Notes: generated from the letters alone by a model not told the origin. Counted from the stretch's first letter, positions 9,579 to 20,232 are shown. The stretch is DNA of 64,000 nt from Gemmatimonadota bacterium (GCA_039586365.1 JBDHKN010000028.1:23746-87745); one strand, 5' to 3'. Numbers and translations are program-made.

Positions 9579-11377
9579 GCATCTTACAGCTGAAGCGGCT
9601 CACGCTGTACGGCATGACGGACCAGAAGGATGTCGTGCTTGGTGGATTGCAGGAGCTGGGGTGCCTGCATCTGGTCAATCTGCAGCCGTCCACCGAGAGA
9701 CGGAGGGAGATGCCTTCGGCACAACCGAAGGACACGTATGATGCTCTGCGCTACCTGGAAAACAGCCCGATAAGACGCCGGCCGGCATCTGAGGACGAGG
9801 ACTACGATCTCGATGCGATCGTGGAGAAGGCCCTGTTCAACCGCCAGCGGCGCCGCGCGGTGCACGACCGACTCGACGAGTTGCGACAGCAGATCAGGGA
9901 GGTCGAGCCGTGGGGGGATTTCCAGCTGCCCGAGCCTGCCGAGTTGGGCGGCCTGCAGTTGCTCTTCTACGTGGTTCCGTTGCACAAGATGGGGCAGGTG
10001 CGAGAGAGCGATCTCACTTGGCAGGTCGTGACTGAAGACCATCGCAACGCCTACGTCGTCGTCGTCTCCGACACGCGGCCTGCGGCTGAGGCGATGCCCG
10101 CTCCGCCGGTCGATATCGGCCGGCTCTCACTGTCACAACTGCGGTGGCAAGAGGAGCTGGCGGAGGCTGAGGCGGAGGAACTGTTGGCGGAGCGGTGGAC
10201 GCTGACGCGGTGGCTGGGCCTGTTGCGGAGAGACATGGCCCGGGCCGAGAACCGCGCCGCTCTGGAGTTCGCGGCGACACAGACCTACGACTCTACCGAA
10301 GTCTTCGCCATTCAGGGCTGGGTACCGGTCAAGCTGACTGACGCGCTGGCTCAGTTCGCTGGTGAGCATGGCTTGGCCTATACACTGGAGGAGCCGGGTC
10401 CATCCGACACTCCACCCGTGCTACTCGAGAACCCCTCTAAACTGGCTGCCGGAGAAGATCTGGTCGCTTTCTTCCAGCTACCCGGGTATCGCGATTGGGA
10501 CCCGTCGATAGTGGTCTTCGTATCGTTCGCGCTGTTCTTTGCCATGATCCTCTCCGATGCCGGATATGCAGCCGTTCTGGGGCTGGCCTTGGCATTCCTG
10601 TGGAAGCGGATGGGCAGAAGCACTGCGGGCAAGAGACTGCAGAGCCTAGCGGCAGCGATTGTCGCTATGTCGGTAACGTATGGAGTGTTGGTGGGGAGCT
10701 ATTTCGGGCTGGCACCGTCAGCGGGTTCGTTGCTTGGCGGGCTCAAGGTCCTCGAGATAAACGATTTCGACAGCATGATGAAGTTGTCTGTAGTAGTAGG
10801 GGGAGTACACGTCGCATTGGCGAACCTCATGGTAGCCTTCAACCGGCGCAAGTCGTGGTCGGCTCTCGCGCCGCTGGGCTGGATGCTTCTCGTAGCGGGG
10901 TTCCTCGGTCTTGTGTTGCGAGGCGCCGACAATGCGTTCAACACGGTGTTCCCATGGGCAATGGGGGTCGGCCTCGTGTTGATCCTGTTCTTCAGTAGCC
11001 AGCGGTCGGTCGCGGGTGTGGGGGATTTCCTGTGGCGTCTGGTGGACGGTCTCATGGCCGTTACCGGAGTGTCCAGTTGGTTCGGGGATATTCTCAGCTA
11101 CTTGCGTCTCTTCGCATTGGGTCTGTCCAGTGCGGCGCTGGCTGTGACATTCAATCAGTTGGCAGTTCAGTCCATGGATGTACCGGGAATTGGACTCCTG
11201 TTTGGATTGGCGATTCTGATCCTGGGGCATGTGCTCAACTTGATCCTCGCCATCATCAGCGGAGTGGTGCACGGTCTGAGACTGAACCTAATCGAGTTCT
11301 ACAATTGGGGGGTTTCCGGTGAGGGCGACACGTTCCGCGCCTTCCGGAAGAAGGAGACGTTATCGTGGACTCAGTGA
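9575..11377 (+). CDS. ntpI: V/A-type ATP synthase subunit I (a)
   Basis: QGWVP, FFAMILSDAGY, DILSYLRLFALGL, VHGLRLNLIEF. Confidence 0.95.
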   Translation: MSILQLKRLTLYGMTDQKDVVLGGLQELGCLHLVNLQPSTERRREMPSAQPKDTYDALRYLENSPIRRRPASEDEDYDLDAIVEKALFNRQRRRAVHDRLDELRQQIREVEPWGDFQLPEPAELGGLQLLFYVVPLHKMGQVRESDLTWQVVTEDHRNAYVVVVSDTRPAAEAMPAPPVDIGRLSLSQLRWQEELAEAEAEELLAERWTLTRWLGLLRRDMARAENRAALEFAATQTYDSTEVFAIQGWVPVKLTDALAQFAGEHGLAYTLEEPGPSDTPPVLLENPSKLAAGEDLVAFFQLPGYRDWDPSIVVFVSFALFFAMILSDAGYAAVLGLALAFLWKRMGRSTAGKRLQSLAAAIVAMSVTYGVLVGSYFGLAPSAGSLLGGLKVLEINDFDSMMKLSVVVGGVHVALANLMVAFNRRKSWSALAPLGWMLLVAGFLGLVLRGADNAFNTVFPWAMGVGLVLILFFSSQRSVAGVGDFLWRLVDGLMAVTGVSSWFGDILSYLRLFALGLSSAALAVTFNQLAVQSMDVPGIGLLFGLAILILGHVLNLILAIISGVVHGLRLNLIEFYNWGVSGEGDTFRAFRKKETLSWTQ

Positions 11378-11811
11378 TGGAGCTATTGGGTTGGGCGGGG
11401 ATATTCAGTCCTCTCGCCCTTGGAGCTGTCGGTAGCATAGTGGGCTGCATGATCGCGGGGCAAGCGGCGTGTGGCGCCCTACTCGAGGTGGAGAGAGGTT
11501 ATGGACGTTACATAGGCCTCACCGCTCTACCGTCATCTCAGACGATCTACGGGATCGTGGTGATGTTTGCGTTGAACCGTACCGTAACGCCGGAGAATGC
11601 GGCAGGTCTCGCTGCTATCGGCATTCTCACGGGCGTTGGTCTCTTGGCGTCGGCGAGCAACCAAGGCAAAGCCCTGGCTTCAGCCATAAGCGCGTCCAAG
11701 GCAAAGCCTGAGGTCTTTGGACTATCGATAGCGCCCGCAGCGATTGTTGAAGGTTTCGCGGTGTTCGTGTTCGTGTTCGCATTGGTGCTGGCCGGAGGCT
11801 TGGCAGGGTAA
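11365..11811 (+). CDS. ntpK: V/A-type ATP synthase subunit K (c), four-helix proteolipid
   Basis: Four hydrophobic helices; LPSSQTIY, NQGK, IVEGFA. Confidence 0.92.
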   Translation: MDSVMELLGWAGIFSPLALGAVGSIVGCMIAGQAACGALLEVERGYGRYIGLTALPSSQTIYGIVVMFALNRTVTPENAAGLAAIGILTGVGLLASASNQGKALASAISASKAKPEVFGLSIAPAAIVEGFAVFVFVFALVLAGGLAG

Positions 11812-11825
11812 CTGCGGGGGCAAAA

Positions 11826-12536
11826 ATGGAAGAAACAAAGAGTCCGGCTGAAGTCTCGCAAGAGACTGGGGCTACATCGTCGGGCGTCGAGGCCTTGATC
11901 GAGCGCCTGCGACAGCAAGGTGTGGAAGCTGGCCTGGCGGCGAGGGAGGAGATCGTTAGTGAAGCCGAACGTGAGGCTGAGAGGGTCGTCAAGGAAGCTC
12001 GCGAGAAGGCGTCAGCCATAGTAGATGAAGCCCGCCAGGAAGTCCGGCGGCTACAGTCTTCCGGCGAGGATGCACTGCGGATTGCCATGCGGGACACAGT
12101 CCTGCGCATGCGGGAGACTTTGCGAAAGCGCCTCGAGGGCCAGTTCAGGAGCCTCGTTTCCGAACAGCTCGTAGACCAGGAGTTCCTGCACCGGTTGATC
12201 GTCGAAGTGGCTCGCCGGGCACGCGATGACTCTGGGGCAGCTGAAGCGGAGGAAATCGAGATCCTGTTGCCGGTGGAAGCAATCGGTCTGGATGAGCTGC
12301 GGCAGCAGCCGGAGGAATCCGACGTCAGGTTGAGTAAGCTTGCCAAGGAGATAGCGAGCGCGACATGGCGGGACGGTGTGTCCATCGACACTCTCGAGCC
12401 CGGCGGTCGTGGCATCCGGCTGCGCCTCAAGGACGAAGAACTGGAACTCGATCTGAGCGATCGCGCTATTGCGGATCTGTTGCTAGAGCACCTGCAACCT
12501 CGCTTCAGGATCATCATGGAAGACCTCACGTGGTGA
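11826..12536 (+). CDS. ntpE: V/A-type ATP synthase subunit E
   Basis: GVEALIERLRQQGVEAG coiled coil; DLSDRAIADLLLEHLQPRFR C-terminus; operon position. Confidence 0.85.
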   Translation: MEETKSPAEVSQETGATSSGVEALIERLRQQGVEAGLAAREEIVSEAEREAERVVKEAREKASAIVDEARQEVRRLQSSGEDALRIAMRDTVLRMRETLRKRLEGQFRSLVSEQLVDQEFLHRLIVEVARRARDDSGAAEAEEIEILLPVEAIGLDELRQQPEESDVRLSKLAKEIASATWRDGVSIDTLEPGGRGIRLRLKDEELELDLSDRAIADLLLEHLQPRFRIIMEDLTW

Positions 12537-12551
12537 GGCTGTAACAGCACG

Positions 12552-13277
12552 ATGGCCCGATCGCCGCGGTACTACATGCTCATGGCGAGTCTGCCGCCGC
12601 TGCCATACCTCTACACCAGCGCCCAGACGCCCATCTCGCGGATTCGGCTCGAACGACGGCTCGACATGCTGGAGCCGGAAGACCACGCTGAGCTGTATGA
12701 TATCGAGGACCTGATGCGGTGGGACCGCCTGCCCCTCGACATCACCGATGTTGAGGTGATTGAGAGTGCCAACGAGCTGATCCCACGAATTCGCAGCGCA
12801 ACCCTCAGAGAACTCGCAACGTGGCGGTTGGAGGTGAGGACCATTGTCGCTGGCCTGAGACGGCGCGCCATGGGCAAGGCACCACCGTCACCCGGTGAAC
12901 GATGGGGTTACGGACGGTGGGTACGACACATGGAGCAGAGATGGTCGGCGTCAGACTTCGGCTTGGGTGGCATCATGCCCTGGGTAACGGAGTTCAGCCG
13001 GCTGATCGATGAGGGAGACACGTTCGCGTTTGAGCAGCAGTTGCTGGATCTGGTTTGGCGCTTCACTGGGCGTGTGGCAGATCGCCATTTCTTCAACTTC
13101 GAGGCGGTGGCTCTCTACGTACTGCGCTGGGACATCATTGCCCGGTGGGTCGCGTACAGCGGTGAACACGCGAGGGAGCGATTTGGACGACTCGTTAATG
13201 AAGGGTTGGGAGAACACGCGGAATTGTTCGGTAGCTCGAAGTCGGGAGTGGACCGGAGATCGCAGTCGACAGTGTAG
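12552..13277 (+). CDS. DUF2764-like protein (putative V-ATPase subunit C equivalent)
   Basis: YYMLMASLP N-terminus, HFFNFEAVALYVLRWDI; located between E and A. Confidence 0.8.
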   Translation: MARSPRYYMLMASLPPLPYLYTSAQTPISRIRLERRLDMLEPEDHAELYDIEDLMRWDRLPLDITDVEVIESANELIPRIRSATLRELATWRLEVRTIVAGLRRRAMGKAPPSPGERWGYGRWVRHMEQRWSASDFGLGGIMPWVTEFSRLIDEGDTFAFEQQLLDLVWRFTGRVADRHFFNFEAVALYVLRWDIIARWVAYSGEHARERFGRLVNEGLGEHAELFGSSKSGVDRRSQSTV

Positions 13278-13286
13278 GAGTGTGAG

Positions 13287-15131
13287 ATGTCAGATGAAAA
13301 TGGGAGGAAAACGAGCGCCAGGGTGGTGGCGGTGCAGCAGGGGCTCGTAACGATAGAGTTGGACGATGCCGGGGATGGCTCGGGTACGCTCATGAAGAAC
13401 GAGGTTGTACTCATCTGTCCGCGAGGCAGCGCTGAGAAGCTCAAAGCCGAGGTACTGCGAGTGAGGGGGCGCACGGCCGAGGCGCAAGTATACGAAGAGA
13501 CTCGCGGTGTCGCTGTCGGTGATCGAGTCCAACAGACGGGACTCATGCTCTCGGTGAGACTGGGGCCTGGTCTCTTGGGTCAGGTGTACGACGGACTGCA
13601 AAACCCGTTGGAGATGATAGCGGGCGAGCACGGCTTCTTTCTTCCCCGGGGAGTCGAGATGCCGCCCTTGAGTCCCGAGTCCAGGTGGCCGTTCACGCCG
13701 GTTGCTGAAGTCGGGATGCGGCTGCGTGCCGGTGACGTCTTGGGTACGGTGCCGGAAGGACGCTACGTTCACAAGATCATGGTACCCTTCGCTGAGCCCG
13801 GAACACTCGAGCTGACAGCGATTCAGAAAGGCAACTTCACGGTTGACATGCCGGTAGCGAGGGTGCGTGACGAGACCGGAAGAGAACGGCCTTTGAGCTT
13901 GGCGCAGGAGTGGCCCGTCAGGCGAGCGGTACCGGACACGCTGCTGCGACACAAGTACTCAGAGCGGCTCTACCCCTCGGAGCCGATGGTTACGACACAG
14001 CGGTTGATCGATACGTTCTTCCCCATCGCCCGCGGCGGTACGGCATGCATCCCAGGTCCGTTCGGGTCGGGGAAGACCGTGTTGCAGCACTTGATATCGC
14101 GCCATTCGTCGGTCGATATCGTGATCGTCGTGGCGTGTGGTGAGCGGGCTGGAGAGGTCGTGGAGACCATCACCGAGTTCCCGGAACTCACCGATCCCAA
14201 GACCGGCGGTCCACTAATGGATCGAACAATCATCATCTGCAACACATCCTCCATGCCTGTAGCTGCCCGCGAGGCATCGATCTACACGGGAATCGCGCTG
14301 GGTGAGTACTACCGTCAGATGGGCTATGACACGCTCCTGCTCGCGGACTCTACCTCTCGCTGGGCCCAGGCAATGAGAGAGACGTCGGGTCGGATGGAGG
14401 AGATCCCGGGAGAGGAAGCGTTCCCGGCGTACCTGGATTCCGCGATTCGCGGCGTGTACGAGCGTGCCGGATTGATTCGGGCCAACGACGGCGCCATTGG
14501 CAGCCTCACCATGATCGGCACGGTATCTCCCGCCGGAGGGAACTTCGAAGAACCCGTGACCCAGTCCACGCTCAGCACGGTCAAGGCATTCCTGGGGCTC
14601 AGCGCCGACCGTGCCTACAAGCGTTTTTATCCCGCAGTCGATCCGTTGCTCTCTTGGTCGCGCTACCTGGACCAGATCTCTGAATGGTTCGACAAGGAGC
14701 TGTCGTTCGGCTGGACCGACAGGGTGAAGGAATTGATGGAACTCCTCAAGCGCGGTGATGGTATCCAGCAGATGATGCAAGTGACGGGTGAGGAAGGTAT
14801 CACGGTAGAGGACTACATCACCTACCAAAAGGCCGTGCTCGTGGATATGGTCTATCTGCAACAGGACGCGTTCGATGAGGTCGACGCGAGCGCGTCGCTC
14901 GAGCGACAGAAGAACTCGTTCGAGCTACTCTACGACTTGGTCACCCGCAAGTACCGTTTCGAGGAGAAAGACGAGGTCCGCGACTACTTCACGCGGCAAA
15001 CCGGATTGTTCAAGAACCTCAACTACGCGCGCGACGATTCGCCCGAACACGGTGATTTGAGCCGGCAGATCATGGAACTGGCGGACTCGGCGACCGCACC
15101 GGTGGTGACAACCGGAGCCAAGAGGCGGTAG
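13287..15131 (+). CDS. ntpA: V/A-type ATP synthase subunit A
   Basis: Walker A GPFGSGKT, ACGERAGE, NTSSMPVAAREAS, DSTSRWAQA. Confidence 0.97.
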   Translation: MSDENGRKTSARVVAVQQGLVTIELDDAGDGSGTLMKNEVVLICPRGSAEKLKAEVLRVRGRTAEAQVYEETRGVAVGDRVQQTGLMLSVRLGPGLLGQVYDGLQNPLEMIAGEHGFFLPRGVEMPPLSPESRWPFTPVAEVGMRLRAGDVLGTVPEGRYVHKIMVPFAEPGTLELTAIQKGNFTVDMPVARVRDETGRERPLSLAQEWPVRRAVPDTLLRHKYSERLYPSEPMVTTQRLIDTFFPIARGGTACIPGPFGSGKTVLQHLISRHSSVDIVIVVACGERAGEVVETITEFPELTDPKTGGPLMDRTIIICNTSSMPVAAREASIYTGIALGEYYRQMGYDTLLLADSTSRWAQAMRETSGRMEEIPGEEAFPAYLDSAIRGVYERAGLIRANDGAIGSLTMIGTVSPAGGNFEEPVTQSTLSTVKAFLGLSADRAYKRFYPAVDPLLSWSRYLDQISEWFDKELSFGWTDRVKELMELLKRGDGIQQMMQVTGEEGITVEDYITYQKAVLVDMVYLQQDAFDEVDASASLERQKNSFELLYDLVTRKYRFEEKDEVRDYFTRQTGLFKNLNYARDDSPEHGDLSRQIMELADSATAPVVTTGAKRR

Positions 15132-15259
15132 CATCGGCAGGCGGAACCGAGAGATGGTGGTGAACGGGGCGGTAGGGGTTGCAGCGACCCACTACCGCCC
15201 TGCGCCGTTCCGCGCCGACACCCGTCCCAATGCGAATAGAGCCGCACATGGAGAGAGAG

Positions 15260-16609
15260 ATGGGTGAGCAGCAAAACCTGCGTACTCCGCTGCGGCGTGA
15301 GCCGATCCATCGAGTCACAGCCCCGCTGGAGCGCTTCATGCACGTCGAGGCGGCCAGTGGAATCGTGCTACTCGCCGCTGCCCTCGCGGCGCTGCTGTTG
15401 GCCAATTCACCCTGGGCCGTCGCTTTCCTGGGCTTCTGGGACCAGGAAGTCGGTTTTCGGATCGGCTCGTTCGAGATGGTTCACTCGCTCAAGCATTGGA
15501 TCAACGACGGGCTGATGGCAGTGTTCTTCTTCGTCATCGGGCTCGAAGTGAAGCGCGAGCTGGTGATCGGAGAACTGCGGGATCCGCGCCGCGCAGCGCT
15601 GCCGGTCTTCGCCGCTGTGGGTGGAATGCTCGTACCGGCGGGAATCTACCTCGCGTTTCAGGCTGGCGAACCGGGAGCGCAGGGATGGGGCATCCCAATG
15701 GCGACCGACATCGCGTTCGTCGTCGGCTGCATGGCTGTACTGGGCTCGCGAGTGCCGCGCGGACTCCGCGTCATGCTGCTGTCACTCGCCATCGCAGACG
15801 ATATCGGTGCCATCTTGGTCATCGCTATTGGCTACACCGCTGGGCTCGACTGGACTGCCCTGGCGTTGGCCGCCGTCGGTCTGGGAACGATGGTTGTCCT
15901 GGCACGCGTGGGTGTTCGTAGCTACTCGGTCTACGCAATGGTGGGCGCCCTGGTATGGCTGGCATTCCATGAGTCGGGAGTGCACGCTACAATTGCCGGC
16001 GTTATCCTCGGTCTGATGACGCCAACTCGGGAATACCTGAGTGCCGGGACCTTCGGTCAGGTGTTGAACTGGACCAGCGACATATTCCACGGCGGTGAGT
16101 GGCCCCGCGAGTCCCAACGCGCTCTGAAAGTAGCGCACTTCCGGCAACTCGCGCGGGACACGATATCTCCGGTGGAATACCTCGAGGGCGTGCTCCACCC
16201 TTGGGTGAGCTTCCTGATAATGCCCGTCTTTGCCTTGGCCAACGCCGGAGTCCCGCTCGCGCTATCCGATCTGGTTCAGCCCGTGGCAGTCGCTGTGGCT
16301 GCAGGACTGGTTGTCGGCAAGCCGGTCGGCATCGTGTTGTTGAGCTTGCTCGCCGTGCGACTGGGTATGGCGAGGCTACCCGACGGAGTGAGCTGGGGTG
16401 CGCTGACTGGAGCTGGCTTCCTGGCTGGAATCGGCTTCACGATGGCGTTGTTCATCGCAGGGCTGGCGTTGGATGGCGAACTGCTCGCTACTGCCAAGGT
16501 CGGAGTAATGGGTGCATCGGTGATCGCGGCGCTGATAGGTATGGTGTTCCTGAGCTGGTTGCTGCCGCGAGGCGGCAGTACCGGAGCGACGACCGACTCG
16601 GCTAAGTAA
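15260..16609 (+). CDS. nhaA: Na+/H+ antiporter NhaA
   Basis: WINDGLMAVFF, GLEVKRE, GIPMATDIAF, LAIADD, GIGFTMALFI. Confidence 0.96.
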   Translation: MGEQQNLRTPLRREPIHRVTAPLERFMHVEAASGIVLLAAALAALLLANSPWAVAFLGFWDQEVGFRIGSFEMVHSLKHWINDGLMAVFFFVIGLEVKRELVIGELRDPRRAALPVFAAVGGMLVPAGIYLAFQAGEPGAQGWGIPMATDIAFVVGCMAVLGSRVPRGLRVMLLSLAIADDIGAILVIAIGYTAGLDWTALALAAVGLGTMVVLARVGVRSYSVYAMVGALVWLAFHESGVHATIAGVILGLMTPTREYLSAGTFGQVLNWTSDIFHGGEWPRESQRALKVAHFRQLARDTISPVEYLEGVLHPWVSFLIMPVFALANAGVPLALSDLVQPVAVAVAAGLVVGKPVGIVLLSLLAVRLGMARLPDGVSWGALTGAGFLAGIGFTMALFIAGLALDGELLATAKVGVMGASVIAALIGMVFLSWLLPRGGSTGATTDSAK

Positions 16610-16685
16610 ATGGTGCTTCTTGTGTCTACTACATGATCATGGATGATCCCTACAGACGGAATGCGCTCAGCGTGGTACGCTCCAG

Positions 16686-17741
16686 GTGCGGCGGGTGACA
16701 CCACGACTTAGATGGCTCGCCGCGGTTGGCGTGCTCCTGGTCCTGGCAATCGTAGCTCGTGTCGTGTTGCTGGGCAACGGCGGTTCCCGGATCCACGAGT
16801 TCTCAGGTATTACCATGGGGACCACCTACACGGTCAAGATGGTAGCCGACCCGCTCGAAGGCTACCAAATACAGGATACTGTGCAGGCTCTGCTCGATGC
16901 TGTTGACCACTTGATGTCCACCTACGACTCGACGTCACAACTTTCGCGCTTCAATCGTCATCCTGCCACGACGCCGTTCCCGGTTTCTCGACAGATGTTG
17001 GATGTGTTCACCGTCGCACGCAGTGTCAGCGAACGCAGTGGCGGAGCCTTCGATGTCACCGTCGCACCACTGGTGAATGCGTGGGGATTTGGACCCTCTG
17101 GGAGGCCGCCTACCGCGCCCAGTGAAGCTGAACTGGCAGACTTGGCACACAGAGTAGGGTACCAGTTACTGACGATTGACTCGGCGCAGGGCACGCTCAT
17201 CAAAGCGAATCCCGGGGTCGCCGTCGATCTCTCCGCGATCGCCAAAGGTTACGCCGTGGATCAGGTGACCGCTGCCTTGGAGTCATTGGGTATTGTGAGT
17301 TTCTTGGTGGAGGTTGGTGGTGAGCTCAAGGCAAGAGGACGCAAGAGTGATGGGACGGCGTGGAGCGTCGGCATCGAACTGCCGGATAGCGACGTGCGAA
17401 CGGCGTACAGGGCGGTCCCTTTGGCGGATATGGCTATCGCGACCTCGGGTGACTACCGCAGTTTCTACGAGGCAAACGGCGTCAGATACGCTCATATCAT
17501 CGATCCACGCACCCACAAGCCCGCGCGACATGCTGGTGCTTCCGTGAGCGTAATGCACTCCGAAGCTGTAGTGGCAGACGCCTGGGCCACAGCTCTGAGT
17601 GTGCTTGGACCCGAGGAGGGGTTCGCTCTCGCGGAACACGAGCGGCTCGCCGCACTGTTTCTCATCAGGTCGGGGGATGGATTTGAAACCAGGGAGACAA
17701 GCCTGTTCCAACAGCTTGTCCGATCAAGTGCGTCCCAGTAA
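16686..17741 (+). CDS. apbE: FAD:protein FMN transferase (ApbE family)
   Basis: TMGTTY, DLSAIAKGYAVD, VEVGGE, ATSGDYR, HIIDPRT, ADAWAT. Confidence 0.94.
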   Translation: MRRVTPRLRWLAAVGVLLVLAIVARVVLLGNGGSRIHEFSGITMGTTYTVKMVADPLEGYQIQDTVQALLDAVDHLMSTYDSTSQLSRFNRHPATTPFPVSRQMLDVFTVARSVSERSGGAFDVTVAPLVNAWGFGPSGRPPTAPSEAELADLAHRVGYQLLTIDSAQGTLIKANPGVAVDLSAIAKGYAVDQVTAALESLGIVSFLVEVGGELKARGRKSDGTAWSVGIELPDSDVRTAYRAVPLADMAIATSGDYRSFYEANGVRYAHIIDPRTHKPARHAGASVSVMHSEAVVADAWATALSVLGPEEGFALAEHERLAALFLIRSGDGFETRETSLFQQLVRSSASQ

Positions 17742-17825
17742 CCGTACCGGTTTCGTGCGCAACCTGCGGTACAGCTCCCAACTAGCGGCATTCAGCTTCA
17801 CTACTCTGCCGGCATTGACCCAGCG

Positions 17826-18722
17826 ATGAGGGAGCAACTGGCCCGCATCCAGCCGCAAGTCCGTGGTATTCTCCTAGCCGTTGCAGCGAGTGCCTGTTTC
17901 GCCTCGATGCACAACACGATTCGCTATTTGACGGCAGACCTGCACCCGTTTGAGGTTGCTTTCTTCCGCAACCTGTTCGGCGTCTTGGTTTTCGTACCGT
18001 GGTTCCTCACTGTGGGATTCGGCAGTCTGCGGACGAGTCGGATCGGGACTCACATGATTCGTGCTGGGTTCAACGCCATGTCGATGCTGGCTTGGTTTAC
18101 CTCACTCAGCCTGATGCCGGTTGCGGAGGCCACTTCGCTCGCTCTGTCCGGACCGGTCTTCGTGACCATAGGTGCTGTGGTCTTTCTGCGGGAGAAGGTT
18201 GGCTGGCATCGCTGGGTCGGTGTCGGGCTTGCGCTGCTTGGTGCCGCAGTCATCATCCGGCCGGGCATTGAGACCGTGGGATTAGAGACGTGGCTGGTTC
18301 TGTTCGCCACAGCTTGTGTCTCGATATCCAAGTTGGTTGCCAAGAGCCTGGCGCGTACCGACAGCACGGCAACCATTGTGGCGTACCTGACGTTACTCAT
18401 GATGGGAATCACTCTGGTGCCGGCGTTGTTCGTTTGGCAGCGGCCCATGCTGAGCGAGCTGAGCCTCCTGGCACTGGTGGGTAGTCTGGGAACCGCAGGG
18501 CATCTGCTATTCATCAAGGCATACAAGCTGGCTGATGTTAGCCTGGTCGAGCCGGTGATGTTCATGCGGGTGATTTGGGCGGCCCTGATCGGTTTCGTCG
18601 CTTTTGCGGAGTTTCCCGACATGTGGACCTGGATTGGTGCTGCGGTCATCGTTTTCGGCACTACCTTTATGGCCCGGCGTGAGGCGGTGCGCGCGCAGCA
18701 TACTGCGGAGACGCTCCCCTGA
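17826..18722 (+). CDS. DMT/EamA family transporter
   Basis: About 10 TM helices; EVAFFRN, FLREKVGWHRW, IIRPG. Confidence 0.9.
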   Translation: MREQLARIQPQVRGILLAVAASACFASMHNTIRYLTADLHPFEVAFFRNLFGVLVFVPWFLTVGFGSLRTSRIGTHMIRAGFNAMSMLAWFTSLSLMPVAEATSLALSGPVFVTIGAVVFLREKVGWHRWVGVGLALLGAAVIIRPGIETVGLETWLVLFATACVSISKLVAKSLARTDSTATIVAYLTLLMMGITLVPALFVWQRPMLSELSLLALVGSLGTAGHLLFIKAYKLADVSLVEPVMFMRVIWAALIGFVAFAEFPDMWTWIGAAVIVFGTTFMARREAVRAQHTAETLP

Positions 18723-18915
18723 GGGCGTTGCCCTTGCAGTTTCTGGCACAGCGCTAAATTGTAGGCACTGACAAGAGAAGCTCCTGCTGCCAGTGGCCTG
18801 TCGGCCCCGCTGCCGCCCTGACTCGCCGCAGGACGGTTTGCGATCGCGAGAATGCCAGACCATCCCGGCAGTGTTGTGTTGCGGCGTCCACCACGCACAG
18901 TGAATCGACAACAAC

Positions 18916-19989
18916 ATGGAATCAGCCCAGTCTTTGAGACGGATCCTAGGGCAGTTCCCCCGAGTATCGCTAGCTGACCTACCCACGCGGCTCGACAAAC
19001 TTGAGAACCTATCCAGACGGCTCGAGGTCTTTGGTGTCTTCGTGAAACGGGACGATCAGACGGGGCTGGCGTTCGGTGGTAACAAGGCGCGCAAACTGGA
19101 TTTCCTGATGGCGAACGTGATGAACCGGGGAGCCGACTGCATCATCACGTGGGCTGGGGTGCAGTCAAACTGGTGCCGTCAGGTGGCTGCTGCAGCAGCG
19201 AAACTCGATATCAGGACAGTGCTTGCGCTCTTCAAGGGACCGACATCGCCGGAGGGCGACGACGGCAACCTACTACTAGACCGGATCTTCGACGCCGACA
19301 TCAGAGTGTTTGACGCGACAGGTATCGACAACATGCTCGAATTCGAGAGCGTGCGACACATCGTCGATCCCATCGCCGACGAAATGCGCCGTGCGGGGCT
19401 CAGGCCCTATGTCGCACCGATCGGCGGATCGCTGGTGGAAGCATCGATGACGGAGCCATGGGGAACGTTGGGTTATGTAGAGGCCTTCGTGGAGCTGGTC
19501 GAGCAGGCGGAGCAGATGGGTGTCGGCATCGACTCGATCGTCCTGGCAACTGGATCTGGCGGCACTCAGGCGGGCCTGCTGGCGGGTGCTAAGCTGTTGT
19601 CGCCTGCCACCAGGATCGTCGGCATTTCCGTATACGCCGGTGAAGAAAAGGCTGCGGGATATGTGCGGTCCGTGGCCAACTCCACGCTGGAACTGCTCGG
19701 CAGTTCGGTCAGGGTGGCCGAGGACGATGTCATCGTCTTGGATGACTATCTGATGGAGGGCTATGGCGTCTTCGTTCCCGAAGTGGGTGACGCAATCGGG
19801 CTCATCGCTGAGTCTGAGGGTCTGCTGCTCGATCCGGTTTACACGGGCAAGTCGATGACTGCAATGCTGGACTTGATTGAGAAAGGCTACTTCAGGGAAG
19901 GGGAGAACGTCGTGTTCCTTCACACTGGGGGAACGCCAGCGCTCTTCCCTTACCGCAAGCAGGTATTAGACCACTTGGCCCGATCCTAG
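18916..19989 (+). CDS. D-cysteine desulfhydrase / ACC deaminase family PLP enzyme
   Basis: KRDDQTGLAFGGNKARKL, QSNWCR, GSGGTQAG, LDPVYTGK, FLHTGG. Confidence 0.92.
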   Translation: MESAQSLRRILGQFPRVSLADLPTRLDKLENLSRRLEVFGVFVKRDDQTGLAFGGNKARKLDFLMANVMNRGADCIITWAGVQSNWCRQVAAAAAKLDIRTVLALFKGPTSPEGDDGNLLLDRIFDADIRVFDATGIDNMLEFESVRHIVDPIADEMRRAGLRPYVAPIGGSLVEASMTEPWGTLGYVEAFVELVEQAEQMGVGIDSIVLATGSGGTQAGLLAGAKLLSPATRIVGISVYAGEEKAAGYVRSVANSTLELLGSSVRVAEDDVIVLDDYLMEGYGVFVPEVGDAIGLIAESEGLLLDPVYTGKSMTAMLDLIEKGYFREGENVVFLHTGGTPALFPYRKQVLDHLARS

Positions 19990-20113
19990 GAAGTCGAAGA
20001 TGGATCGCAGGGATTTCGTAGCGTATCTGGCCAGGACGACACACATCTTTGTTTCGAAAGAGCATGTAGACATGGTGCTGGAAGGGGTGGACCACCTGGC
20101 TCGACGGGCAGCG

Positions 20114-20230
20114 TGACAGCACAACGGTTGAAAGCTGATAGCTGCTGCAACTTCGAACGAACACAATCCGTATGGTGGAGTGTGCGACAGCTATCAGCCG
20201 ATCGCTGAGAACTGGGAGTTGAGAGCTGAC
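20114..20230 (+). repeat. Degenerate TGAYAGC-family heptamer tracts
   Basis: CGGTTGAAAGCTGATAGCTG (20125-20144) matches the reverse complement of 42963-42982 at 19/20; second degenerate tract at 20187-20230. Confidence 0.6.
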
Positions 20231-20232
20231 AT

